64,000 nt of DNA from Chloroflexota bacterium (lineage in GTDB: Bacteria > Chloroflexota > UBA11872 > VXOZ01). Positions within the stretch are counted from its first letter, which is position 1; every line of letters begins with the position of its first letter. The DNA lies in assembly GCA_964291655.2 (NCBI GenBank), contig OZ219802.1, positions 1,376,001 through 1,440,000 of the forward strand, given 5' to 3'. The notes beneath the pieces are model-generated. The model was not told the origin of the DNA and ran no database searches. It was given only the letters and a program-made list of their open reading frames with translations. The translations under genes and the position numbers were made by a program. Shown in pieces: positions 55,220 to 64,000 of the stretch.

Positions 55220-55249
55220 ATTATATGTTGCTCAGTAACCGCCCTGCAA
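55220..55249 (-). promoter_or_regulatory. sigma70-type promoter for tRNA-Leu/rpsF
   Basis: TTGCAG-N18-TATAAT on the minus strand. Confidence 0.6.
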
Positions 55250-55415
55250 CCGGGGCAGTGCGGCGTGCTGCACCTCGATTTCCGTTCCTGCAGGACTAAG
55301 TGAGTCGTGCGCAAGTTTCACTCTTGTCATTGCGGGGCAATTCTTCAGGAGACCCGGCTTGCCGGTAGTGGGAGTTCCACAGGTATGTCATTCGCAGCTA
55401 TATGCCTGTCATTCC

Positions 55416-55668
55416 TGTAAATGTCAGGTTATTCGTTGACAGATTTGGTAGAAGAAACATGGGAGCAAGGCTCTGTGCTTGCCTGAATACCTGTCATTCC
55501 GAACGGAGCGTAGCGGAGTGTCGCTCTTAGCGCGGAATCTAGAGTGCTGAGACCGTGAAAGTGCGTTGAGCAGGGACCCTAGATTCTTCGGTACGCTCGG
55601 AATGACAAGGTCTTGTAGCACTCTCTACGGGAAAGCGAATTCTGTCAACGAATTGCTCAACTCGTACA
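55416..55668. mobile_element. 253-bp M1 MITE copy (opposite orientation) with perfect 5-bp TSD ATTCC
   Basis: GTC-ATTCC|TGTAAATGTCAGGTTATTCGTTGACAGATTT...AATTCTGTCAACGAATTGCTCAACTCGTACA|ATTCC-GAACG. Confidence 0.85.
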
Positions 55669-55742
55669 ATTCCGAACGCAGCGAGGAATGACAACAAGCG
55701 CTATTGAGCTCTTGCCGTTAGCGCTAGCGAGGAGACAGAGCG

Positions 55743-58700
55743 CTAGAGCTGCACCTGGACGCGCACGAGTTGGGCGTACGTGCCGTCAGAACCCACGAGT
55801 GCGTCGTGGGTGCCCTTTTGGGCAACGCGCCCGTCATCCAGCACGATGATGTTGTCCGCATCCCGCACGGTTGAGAGGCGGTGCGCGATCACGAGCGTGG
55901 TGCGGTCCCGCATGAGCTCGGCGATCGCCACGCGCACTTCCCGCTCGTTTTCCGTATCCAGGTGGGACGTGGCTTCGTCCAGGATCAAGATAGGCGCTTG
56001 CTTAAGCAGGGCACGCGCAATCGCCAGCCGCTGGCGCTGCCCACCCGATATAGACGTCCCGCGTTCGCCGACAACTGAGTCATAGCCGCGCGGGAATGTC
56101 TGGATAAATTCGTCCGCGCTTGCCATCTTGGCCGCTTTCTCGATTTCTTCATCGGTGGCATCGGGCCGTGCGAGGCGCAGGTTCTCGCGAATGCTCATAT
56201 TGAAGAGGTAGATGTCCTGGGAGACGAGCGAGATGCGGTTGCGCAAGTCATCGAGGGTGAAATCTCGCAGGTCGTGACCGCCGAACGTAATCCGTCCCTG
56301 TTGCGGGTCCCAGAAGCGCATGAGCAGGTGCGCCACGGTGGTCTTGCCTGCCCCGGAGGGGCCTACCAAGGCGACGGTCTGGCCGGCTTCAATCGCGAAC
56401 GACACCCCGCTCAATGCCTGGGGTTCGCCCGGGCCGTAGTTGAATGAAACGTCCGCAAACTCCACGGCGGGCGCGGCGACCGTAGCCGGTGTGACGGCGT
56501 GCCCGTCGTCTACCGGCATCGGCTCGTCCTGCACGGCAAAGACGCGCCGGCCGGAGCCGAAGGCGTTCGCGAGTTCCTTGACAATGCGGGCAATTTCGGC
56601 CACCGGCGTAAAGCAGGTCAGTGCGAGCATCGTTGCTACCGGCAGCGCCGCCGCTGTCAGCAGCCCTTCGTTGACGAGATACGCACCCAGCATAAGCACG
56701 ACAAGCGCGCCGACCGCTTGGATGCCCTCGATAACGCCTTGCTGGAAACCCAGTTGTTTGCCGTAGCGCACCTGCAGTCCGGTGAGTGCCTCACTCTTGT
56801 CGTGGATTTCCTGCAAGCGGCGACCGTCTTGCGAAAAGACGACAACCTCGCGCAGCCCCTGCACGCTGTCCGCCATGTGCGCGTTCACCTCGCCAAGCTC
56901 GGTGCGCAAGCGATTGCCCAACCGATCGGTATGCCGACCAATGTAGTGGGGGCTCAGTGCAACCAAAATGAGGAAGGGCACCAGCGACAGGGCGAGCAGC
57001 CACGACATATTGAGCAAGAAGACGAGCGCCACGAGCGGCACCATAATGGCAACCAGAATCGGTCCGGCGGCATGGGCAAAGAACGACTCGACGGTCTCGA
57101 TATCCGAGGTGACGATGCTTGTGAGGTCCCCGCTGCGGCGGCTATACATATAGGCGGGCGCGAGGCGGTCGAGCGTGTCAAAGAGCTTAACGCGCATGTC
57201 GGCCAGGATGCGGTACGCCATGTCATGCGAAATCCAGGCCTCGATCCACGTAAAGAGCGCCACCGTGAAGGCCAGCGCGAGCACAATTGGAATAAGGTAA
57301 CCTATGCCGCCCCCTGTAGCCACCTGGCCCGCGAGCATGGCGCTGGCTACTCCGAGCGCAATGGTAGCTCCGGCCTTGACCAATCCGCTGCCCACGGTCA
57401 CGGCGAACTCCAACCATTCCGGGCGAATGAGCCGCATCAGGCGGCTGCTCGTTTCCCAGGCGCCAAGCATCACCGGCTCGATGGGCTTCGCATGCTCGGC
57501 GCTGCGCAGAAAGTGGCCGTCGCTATTGGCTTGGTCGTCAGGCTCCGGCCTATCGCTGCCGTCCGCGGTGGCGACGGCTGCCGGGGTATCCCCATTCGTC
57601 ACTGCCGTTGAGAACCCGGCAACGTCGCTCTCACTCTCATGGCCGGCCGGCAGCCGCGATTGCGCCGCCACGAGCCGCGCATAGACGCCGTCATAGGCCA
57701 TTAGGTCGCTGTGGGAGCCGCGTTCGACGCACGCGCCTTGGTCCAGCACGATGATCTGGTCGGCGCCGGCCACGGTGGAAAGACGATGTGCGATGACAAT
57801 TGTCGTCCGATTCCGCATGAGTCGTTCCAACGCCTCTTGGATTGCCGCTTCATTGCCGCTGTCCACGTGGGAAGTGGCCTCATCCAGGATGAGTATGGGC
57901 GCGTCCTTGAGGATGGCCCGCGCAATTGCCAGGCGCTGCCGTTGGCCGCCGGAGAGTTTCTGTCCCCGTTCGCCAATGATCGTGTTGTACCCGTCGAGGA
58001 GTCTTGGGATGAACTCGTGGGCGTTCGCCGCTTGCGCCGCTGCCAGCACCTCCGCGTCGGATGCTTCGGGACGGGCAAGCCGGATATTCTCCAGCACCGT
58101 GCCGTGGAAGAGATAGGTGTCTTGGGCGACGATGGACACCTGCTGCCGCAATGATTGCAGCGGGATGTCCCGGATATCGTGGCCGCCAAGGCGAATGCGG
58201 CCTTCCTGGGGATCGAAGAAGCGCAAGAGCAGGTTTGTCACTGTGGTCTTGCCGGCGCCGGACGGTCCTACGATGCCAAGAGTGGTGCCGGCCGGCACAG
58301 TAAAGGAGACGTCTTGCAACGCCGGACGGTCGCCACGCTCATATGTGAAAGCTACCCGCTCGAAGTCCACGCGAGGCTCAATTGGCCCATCATGCGCTGC
58401 GGTTGTGGCGCTGCTGCCGTCTGTACGGTCACGGTCGGCGGCATCAGCGACCTCGGGCACCTCATCGAGAAGCGATAGCATGCCAATGGCCGATGAGGTG
58501 CCAAGCAGACCGGTGTGGTAAAGCTGATTGAGTTCGCGCAAGGGACGGAAGATTTCGATTCCCAGGAAGAGCACGATCATGAGGGGCGTCAAGTCGAGCG
58601 TGCCTTGATCAACGCGAATTGCGCCCCAGGCAAGCACCGTCGCCGCGCCCAGACTCATGAAGAGCATGCTCACGCCGCCGGATGCGATGTTGATGCCAAG

Positions 58701-59432
58701 TACCTTCATCGTCTGCGTCGAAAGCGCACGCGCCCGGTCGGCGAGCATGCGCCCCCACTCCGTGCTGCGGCCAAAGATCTTTAAAGTAGCAAGACCCTGG
58801 ATGGCGTCAATGAAGTCCGCGCTCAACTCCCGGTTCGCTTGCCAGCGTCCGCGGCTGGCGCGGTACGTGGCGCGGCGGAAGAACGTCGGCGCAAGGTAGG
58901 TGAGCACAGCAAAGAGCAGATAAATAAGTGCTGATTGCCAGTCGAGGATCGTCATGAAGGTGAGAATGCCGACGGGCGCAATACCGGCTACTACAAGCTG
59001 CGGCAGGTAGCGACCGAAGAACGTCTCAAGTTGCTCTACGGAGTCTACGGCCTTTACCACGACCTCACCGGTGCGCTGCTTCTGCGTGAATCCCGGACCG
59101 AGACGCAGCAAGTGGGTGTAGAGGGCAGTGCGGAGCTTGACTTTCATCTTGGCCGCCGTCTCGTGGGCGATGAATTGCTGCGCCATCGTGAAGACGATGC
59201 GCAGCATGGGCAATGCGAGCACCCCGAGCAGTATCAGGAGAATTTCCATGAACGGTTGCTGCTCGAAGACCATCGCCACAGCAGTGCCGGAGAGAGACAA
59301 CCGCGCCACACCGGTGGTAACGGCGCCTAAGCCGAAGAGAGCTGCCAACGCAATCCGACTACGAGAGCCTTTGGTGAGGCTGGCGAGCCGCCAACTTGTG
59401 CTGAGAGAATCTGCTTTCTGCGCTGTCGCCAT
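55743..59432 (-). CDS. fused heterodimeric ABC exporter (TMD-NBD-TMD-NBD; CydDC/IrtAB-like)
   Basis: Two TM domains, two GPSGAGKT Walker A, LSGGQ/ISGGQ, ILDEATS, IAHRLS. Confidence 0.92.
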   Translation of the reverse strand: MATAQKADSLSTSWRLASLTKGSRSRIALAALFGLGAVTTGVARLSLSGTAVAMVFEQQPFMEILLILLGVLALPMLRIVFTMAQQFIAHETAAKMKVKLRTALYTHLLRLGPGFTQKQRTGEVVVKAVDSVEQLETFFGRYLPQLVVAGIAPVGILTFMTILDWQSALIYLLFAVLTYLAPTFFRRATYRASRGRWQANRELSADFIDAIQGLATLKIFGRSTEWGRMLADRARALSTQTMKVLGINIASGGVSMLFMSLGAATVLAWGAIRVDQGTLDLTPLMIVLFLGIEIFRPLRELNQLYHTGLLGTSSAIGMLSLLDEVPEVADAADRDRTDGSSATTAAHDGPIEPRVDFERVAFTYERGDRPALQDVSFTVPAGTTLGIVGPSGAGKTTVTNLLLRFFDPQEGRIRLGGHDIRDIPLQSLRQQVSIVAQDTYLFHGTVLENIRLARPEASDAEVLAAAQAANAHEFIPRLLDGYNTIIGERGQKLSGGQRQRLAIARAILKDAPILILDEATSHVDSGNEAAIQEALERLMRNRTTIVIAHRLSTVAGADQIIVLDQGACVERGSHSDLMAYDGVYARLVAAQSRLPAGHESESDVAGFSTAVTNGDTPAAVATADGSDRPEPDDQANSDGHFLRSAEHAKPIEPVMLGAWETSSRLMRLIRPEWLEFAVTVGSGLVKAGATIALGVASAMLAGQVATGGGIGYLIPIVLALAFTVALFTWIEAWISHDMAYRILADMRVKLFDTLDRLAPAYMYSRRSGDLTSIVTSDIETVESFFAHAAGPILVAIMVPLVALVFLLNMSWLLALSLVPFLILVALSPHYIGRHTDRLGNRLRTELGEVNAHMADSVQGLREVVVFSQDGRRLQEIHDKSEALTGLQVRYGKQLGFQQGVIEGIQAVGALVVLMLGAYLVNEGLLTAAALPVATMLALTCFTPVAEIARIVKELANAFGSGRRVFAVQDEPMPVDDGHAVTPATVAAPAVEFADVSFNYGPGEPQALSGVSFAIEAGQTVALVGPSGAGKTTVAHLLMRFWDPQQGRITFGGHDLRDFTLDDLRNRISLVSQDIYLFNMSIRENLRLARPDATDEEIEKAAKMASADEFIQTFPRGYDSVVGERGTSISGGQRQRLAIARALLKQAPILILDEATSHLDTENEREVRVAIAELMRDRTTLVIAHRLSTVRDADNIIVLDDGRVAQKGTHDALVGSDGTYAQLVRVQVQL

Positions 59433-59609
59433 GCCCTGCCTCAATCAAGATTTCGCGTGTGCGTTTATATTGCGAAGAATTCCTAATAATGGATACACAC
59501 TATACCACGATTTACAAATCCACACAAGGAAACAGCGTGGTGGATTCAGGCCCCTTCTGCGTTGCCTCACGGTCGTAAGAGGGGTGCCGGAAGCGTCTTC
59601 TTCCATAGA

Positions 59610-60510
59610 GTGGGGACCTCTGCAGAATCCGCGCCGGCAAGGGAGGAAGACCCCTCACCCCCGTTTCACGCACGGGGCAGGCTCTAACCCTCTCCCCAGG
59701 GAGAGGGAACTGTGCGATCCAGAGAGTGAGCTGTGTGATCCAAAGAGGGAACCCACACAAAAATCTCCCAAAGGCGACTCTACGCGGCTTCTGCCAGGGG
59801 CGCTATGGATTACTCCCATTCTCCAGGGAGAGGGAAGCATACGATCCAGAGAGGGGACTCGCACAAAAGTCTCCCTGTGGGGGACTCTGCACAGTCTCCT
59901 CCAGTGCTATAGATTGCTCCCTCTCCCTGGGGAGACTTTTGCATAACCCTACTTTCAAGCAGGGGCACTCCCTCTCCTGGGATGTATAGACCGGGGACAT
60001 GGGTAACAGTTGTTCGGGCTCATAGGTAACACCATAGAACGAGGGGGTTTTCGTAGTATGCGATGTCCTTGCCTTGAAAGTTAGATCCACTCAATATCCT
60101 TATGCACACTGTTTGTTTCTCTGGCACAAGCTGACAGGCGGAAAGTGAGTGCACTGTGTCGCCAGTCTCTTATCAAACCCGGACCAACCCAATGCTCTCG
60201 TAGGTGTCAATCAGTAAAATGTGTTACCCATGTCCCCGAACAACTGTTACCTATGTCCCCGGTCTGTACAGGGGAGAGGGTTGGGGTGAGGGGGTTTTTT
60301 GCTACGATGGCCCTTTACGCTGGGAAGTGTCAAGACATATCAGGGCAGATTTGGAGTGCAAATGGAGAGATTTCAGGAGGTCCACCCTCACCCCCGTATC
60401 ACGTACGGGGCAGGCTCTAGCCCTCTCCCGTCGAGGGAGAGGGAACGCTCTCGTTTCCCCTTAGGTTTCGCAGAGGTCTCCTGGGGGAGAGGGCTGGGGT
60501 GAGGGGAGAC
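59610..60510. repeat. nested composite palindromic region; inverted homolog of 40430-40960
   Basis: Same spacer sequence (CTGCCCTGATA...CTTGACACT...AAAGGGCCAT) and REP/MITE ends. Confidence 0.85.
59983..60270. mobile_element. M2 MITE copy (reverse orientation relative to 40622-40909)
   Basis: TGTATAGACCGGGGACATGGGTAACA...TGTTACCTATGTCCCCGGTCTGTACA; interior near-identical to copy 1; flanks TGGGA/GGGGA. Confidence 0.85.
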
Positions 60511-60762
60511 TTCCACCACACTAGAACATTTCCATGTAGTTCTCGGAGTCACCCAAGTCCTGCGCCATTCTCTGAATCAGGGGTCACCTCAGGGTAAGGG
60601 GCCGCAGAAGGGACCCTGGGAAGGACGCGTTGCGCGGTGAATTGTGGAGGCCTGGGCAGAGTGGATCGTGCTCAAGTCAAGCTTGGAAATCACCTCAGTT
60701 TTGACCGCGCTCGCTAAGCAACGTATCATCAAACGAGTGAAAGCGTAGGCTGGCGGTGAGCT

Positions 60763-61392
60763 ATGGACGTAACCGATCTCCCAACAGTTCCGAATCACTT
60801 CCGTTACTGCCCGCGGTGCGGCGAGTCGATGTCGCTGCGGCCGGAAGGCGGGCGTCAACGCGCAAGTTGCCAGGCGTGCGGCTTCATCCATTTCAGCACA
60901 TTCTCACTCGGCGTGGGCGGCATTGTGGTGCGTGATAACAAAGTGCTGTTCATTCGGCGCGGACAAGAACCGGGCAAGGGGCGTTGGACCATTCCGGGCG
61001 GCTACGTAGAACAGGACGAACCATTTGAAGAAGCGGTGGTGCGCGAGGTGTGGGAAGAAACCGGCGTCCGCAGCGAAGTCTTGGGCTTATTGGCGGCCCG
61101 CAACAGTCTCCACGAGCGCGATAGCAACGTGTACATCGTCTTCACGCTCAGAGACCTCGGCGGCGGCCCGCAGTGCGACGGCGTGGAGGTAGATCGCGCT
61201 GAATTCTTGGCACACCATGAGTATGAAGCCTTGCGGGAGCTTGCGCCTGTCAGCAAATACTTCGCGCAAATGGCGCTGGAAACCCCAGACGCGCCGCTGA
61301 CTGCCTCTTCATTCGCGGGCCAGACCAGCGGCTACGCGTATTCCATGTTTGACATTGCCGGATTCAATCCCCACGCGCTGGACTTGGACTGA
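60763..61392 (+). CDS. Nudix hydrolase with N-terminal zinc ribbon
   Basis: YCPRCG...CQACG, Nudix box GGYVEQDEPFEEAVVREVWEETG. Confidence 0.92.
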   Translation: MDVTDLPTVPNHFRYCPRCGESMSLRPEGGRQRASCQACGFIHFSTFSLGVGGIVVRDNKVLFIRRGQEPGKGRWTIPGGYVEQDEPFEEAVVREVWEETGVRSEVLGLLAARNSLHERDSNVYIVFTLRDLGGGPQCDGVEVDRAEFLAHHEYEALRELAPVSKYFAQMALETPDAPLTASSFAGQTSGYAYSMFDIAGFNPHALDLD

Positions 61393-61682
61393 GCCGCTTG
61401 CGGCGTAAGCGCAGTCGTGCGCGGTGCCCCACTCGCCCTTGTTTCGTATCAAGGGATTCTGCCATTAGAGGTCAATATGCACCGACCGCCGGTGTAGCGG
61501 GCCATAGACCGGACGAGCCTTGACGGCGTGCCGCGCCGTCTTTCCCTGTCAGCGTCAGGTGCCAAGCCCAGCGGCATACGATGCGCGACAATCCTGATGA
61601 CTGCGCCCTGGAACTGAGCTATGCGGAAGTGGCGGGTGCGATTGTTCCATTGGCGATGGAGCCACGTTTGCGGCTGGGGCGA

Positions 61683-62462
61683 TTACCGCAGCGCCATCAC
61701 TTGACTCTCGTCTAGCGTGGCAAGGTGCTCTGCCAACGCGGGAGAGAACTCTTCAACGTATTGCAAGTCGAAGACCTGCGCGAGATGATGCGCGATGCGC
61801 TCGCGAATGAGCGCCATGTCCGCCTTCCCTGTTTCCCGCGCAATAGACGACTCCTGTGAAACGGATGACTCCTGTGCAACAGACGACTCCTGTGAAACAG
61901 AAGTCATCGTGACCGTTGGCATGCCGCACGGCACAATGTGGGAAAAATAGCTGAGGTCGGTGGTGACGTTCAGGGCGAAGCCGTGGCTGCTGATCCAGCG
62001 GCTGAAGCGTACGCCTATCGAAGCAATCTTGCGGTCGTTCACCCAAACGCCCGCTTTCTGCGCGACGCGCCGGGCCGGTACGTCGCACTCCTGCAATGTG
62101 TTGATGAGCGCTTGCTCGAGGTCTCGCAGGTAGCGGTGCACGTCGCGGTCGCGCGGCCGTAAGTCAAGAATGGGATACCCCACCAGTTGCCCCGGCCCAT
62201 GATAGGTCGCCAGTCCGCCGCGATCTACCTCAATCACGGTGGCGTCCAGGGATGCCAGATGCTCCGGCGATGCGAGGACTTCACTCTCGCTGCCCCTGCG
62301 ACCGATGGTGTAGGTGTGGGGATGCTCCAGCAACAGCACAACGTCGGGAATCGCGTCCGCATGCCGTGCCGCAACCAACCGACGCTGTAATTCCCAGGCC
62401 TCGTGATACGGCACGGAGGCCAGGTCTACCAAAGCGCAATCATACCGCTGCAGTGTGCTCAC
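61683..62462 (-). CDS. lipB: lipoyl(octanoyl) transferase
   Basis: LLEHPHTYTIG, DRGGLATYHGPGQLVGYPI, KIASIG, HGFALN, IVPCG. Confidence 0.96.
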   Translation of the reverse strand: MSTLQRYDCALVDLASVPYHEAWELQRRLVAARHADAIPDVVLLLEHPHTYTIGRRGSESEVLASPEHLASLDATVIEVDRGGLATYHGPGQLVGYPILDLRPRDRDVHRYLRDLEQALINTLQECDVPARRVAQKAGVWVNDRKIASIGVRFSRWISSHGFALNVTTDLSYFSHIVPCGMPTVTMTSVSQESSVAQESSVSQESSIARETGKADMALIRERIAHHLAQVFDLQYVEEFSPALAEHLATLDESQVMALR

Positions 62463-62791
62463 AACTCCTCTTGCTCCAAGGCGTCAATCAGCTTGGGCAA
62501 GTCAACAGTCACCGTCTGCCAAACAACGTCTTCGTCTATTTTGAAGTACTCGTGTACGAGTAGGTTGCGCATGCCAACTATATCTCGCCAAGGGATATCT
62601 GGATACTCCTGTCGGGATTCGGGCGAAACTTGCCGTGCGGCTTCTCCTACAACTCGCAGACACCCCATCAAAGCTTGCGCCAACATACGATTTAACTCTA
62701 GGTCTGCACGTGTCTTGCCTTCCGCAAACGATCGTGCCTCCTGGGCTGCTTCCAGTATGTGCGTCAGTCGCGCGCGATCATCAGAATCCAT
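62459..62791 (-). CDS. HEPN (DUF86/HepT-like) ribonuclease toxin
   Basis: VVGEAA, IPWRDIVGMRNLLVHEY (Rx4HxY). Confidence 0.92.
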   Translation of the reverse strand: MDSDDRARLTHILEAAQEARSFAEGKTRADLELNRMLAQALMGCLRVVGEAARQVSPESRQEYPDIPWRDIVGMRNLLVHEYFKIDEDVVWQTVTVDLPKLIDALEQEEL

Positions 62792-63101
62792 AGACTGGAA
62801 ATGCCGATTCTACAACTTCATCGCGAAAATACGGGGAGAGGCCGTTTGGAGTGCGAATATCCACCTCCCGGCCACCCAACAACGCCGAAAGTTCCCGCGC
62901 TATTCTGGCCAACGTGAAGTAGCCCGGGGTCTTACCGGATTCGAACTCCACCAGCACGTCTACATCGCTGTCATCTGCAAAGTCGTCCCGCAGCACGGAG
63001 CCAAAGAGCGCCAGCGTGCGGATGTGGTACCGCTGACAGACTGCGGCGATTTGCTTCCGGGGAACCGGAATTTGCAGGGCGGACTGTAGTTTCTTTGCCA
63101 T
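62781..63101 (-). CDS. minimal nucleotidyltransferase (MntA-like) antitoxin
   Basis: LFGSVLRDDFADDSDVDVLVEF (GSx10DxD). Confidence 0.92.
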   Translation of the reverse strand: MAKKLQSALQIPVPRKQIAAVCQRYHIRTLALFGSVLRDDFADDSDVDVLVEFESGKTPGYFTLARIARELSALLGGREVDIRTPNGLSPYFRDEVVESAFPVYGF

Positions 63102-63332
63102 GTCCCTTATCTTATTGCATCAATAATACCGCTCGATACGCGACAAGATGCAATCCTTTGCAGTGAGCGTTCCCTGACTGCCCGAGTAGTTCCAATTGGC
63201 ACGGCAATACAATGCTCCCATTCATTATGGCACGGGAAAAGCCTGAGCGGGACTATGAGTGTCGGGATTAGACACTCCAATCACGCATGACTGCATGCGC
63301 TTTGGCTCGAGCCCTGTGGTGCGCCGTTTAGT

Positions 63333-64000
63333 TTAGGGACCGGGCTTGCGTCCGACGGCAATTAGGCGCTCAGCCTCCCGATCGTAGGCCGAGCCATCCA
63401 TACCACCGTAGAGCCGCACGTCACGAAGGCCGGCGGCAATGAAGCGATCCTTGAGCTCCTGGCCGGAGTAAACCGTATGGTCGATCGTGAAGACGCGCAC
63501 GGCATCGCCTTTGATAATGGTCCATTCCATGCGGACTCGCGTCCAGTCGTCGTAAACTTCGCGGCGATCAATTACCACGGTGCCATCCTGGTGCTTTCGA
63601 GAGTGTGTAGGTTCGAAATCACGCGCCAGCAGTTCCTTGCCCACCACGTCCATGACCAGTACGCCGCCCGGTCGCAAGCTTGTGTGGATGTTCCGCAGCA
63701 CCGTTGAATCCTCGGTCTTGTCGTCAAAGTAGCCGAACGACGTAAACATGCTGAGAGCCAGATCAAAAGCCTCGGGCCGCACGAACGTGCGCATGTCGTC
63801 GTGGACCCACTCGACTTGGACGTCTTCTGCAGCCGCCCGTTCCTGCGCTTTCGCGAGGAAGAACTTCGTCCTATCCACGCCGGTTACGCGCAAGCCGCGC
63901 CGGGCTAAGGGCACGGCAAAGCGACCCGGCCCGCAGCAAAGGTCGAGGACCGCCTGCGGTTCCCCGCCAACGAGGCGCAGCAGCGGCTCGACCTCCACCT
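63333..64000 (-). CDS. class I SAM-dependent methyltransferase (5' end outside window)
   Basis: VLDLCCGPG, VTGVD, DMR, FTSFGYF, LRPGG. Confidence 0.9.
   Translation of the reverse strand, partial: VEVEPLLRLVGGEPQAVLDLCCGPGRFAVPLARRGLRVTGVDRTKFFLAKAQERAAAEDVQVEWVHDDMRTFVRPEAFDLALSMFTSFGYFDDKTEDSTVLRNIHTSLRPGGVLVMDVVGKELLARDFEPTHSRKHQDGTVVIDRREVYDDWTRVRMEWTIIKGDAVRVFTIDHTVYSGQELKDRFIAAGLRDVRLYGGMDGSAYDREAERLIAVGRKPGP

Overview
This is a 64-kb, GC-rich bacterial chromosomal segment. It is probably from a Chloroflexota genome and plausibly from a marine-sponge-type symbiont; this is inferred from Tat-lipoprotein solute-binding proteins, plant-type LRR and ankyrin proteins, and Chloroflexota-style hypothetical genes. 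The housekeeping backbone is mutS2, rsfS, nadD, purD, pyrG, ubiX, trmH-like, folB, gyrA, moaC, dinG-like, a PPIase, rpsF-ssb-rpsR, tRNA-Leu(UAA) and lipB. Transport and catabolic genes are interspersed. Accessory modules are: (1) a lower-GC, tightly coupled three-gene cassette (TIGR04255-like protein, unknown 119-aa protein, PIN nuclease); (2) a standalone OLD-family ATPase-TOPRIM nuclease; (3) an MNT-HEPN toxin-antitoxin pair coupled to lipB; (4) an IS1182-family element. Intergenic DNA is crowded with at least five palindromic REP/MITE families nested inside each other. These include two TGT...ACA-ended, 5-bp-TSD non-autonomous elements that insert at specific positions in REP hairpins. Other oddities are a GyrA with a rewritten QRDR (HPHSNEP), a BacNav-like channel with a Ca-type filter (TLDGWSD), an S18 with a Gly-rich N-terminal tail, and 18-bp in-frame repeats in three unrelated enzymes. 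No CRISPR array or rRNA was seen. All family assignments are from motif recognition by eye; no database searches were run.
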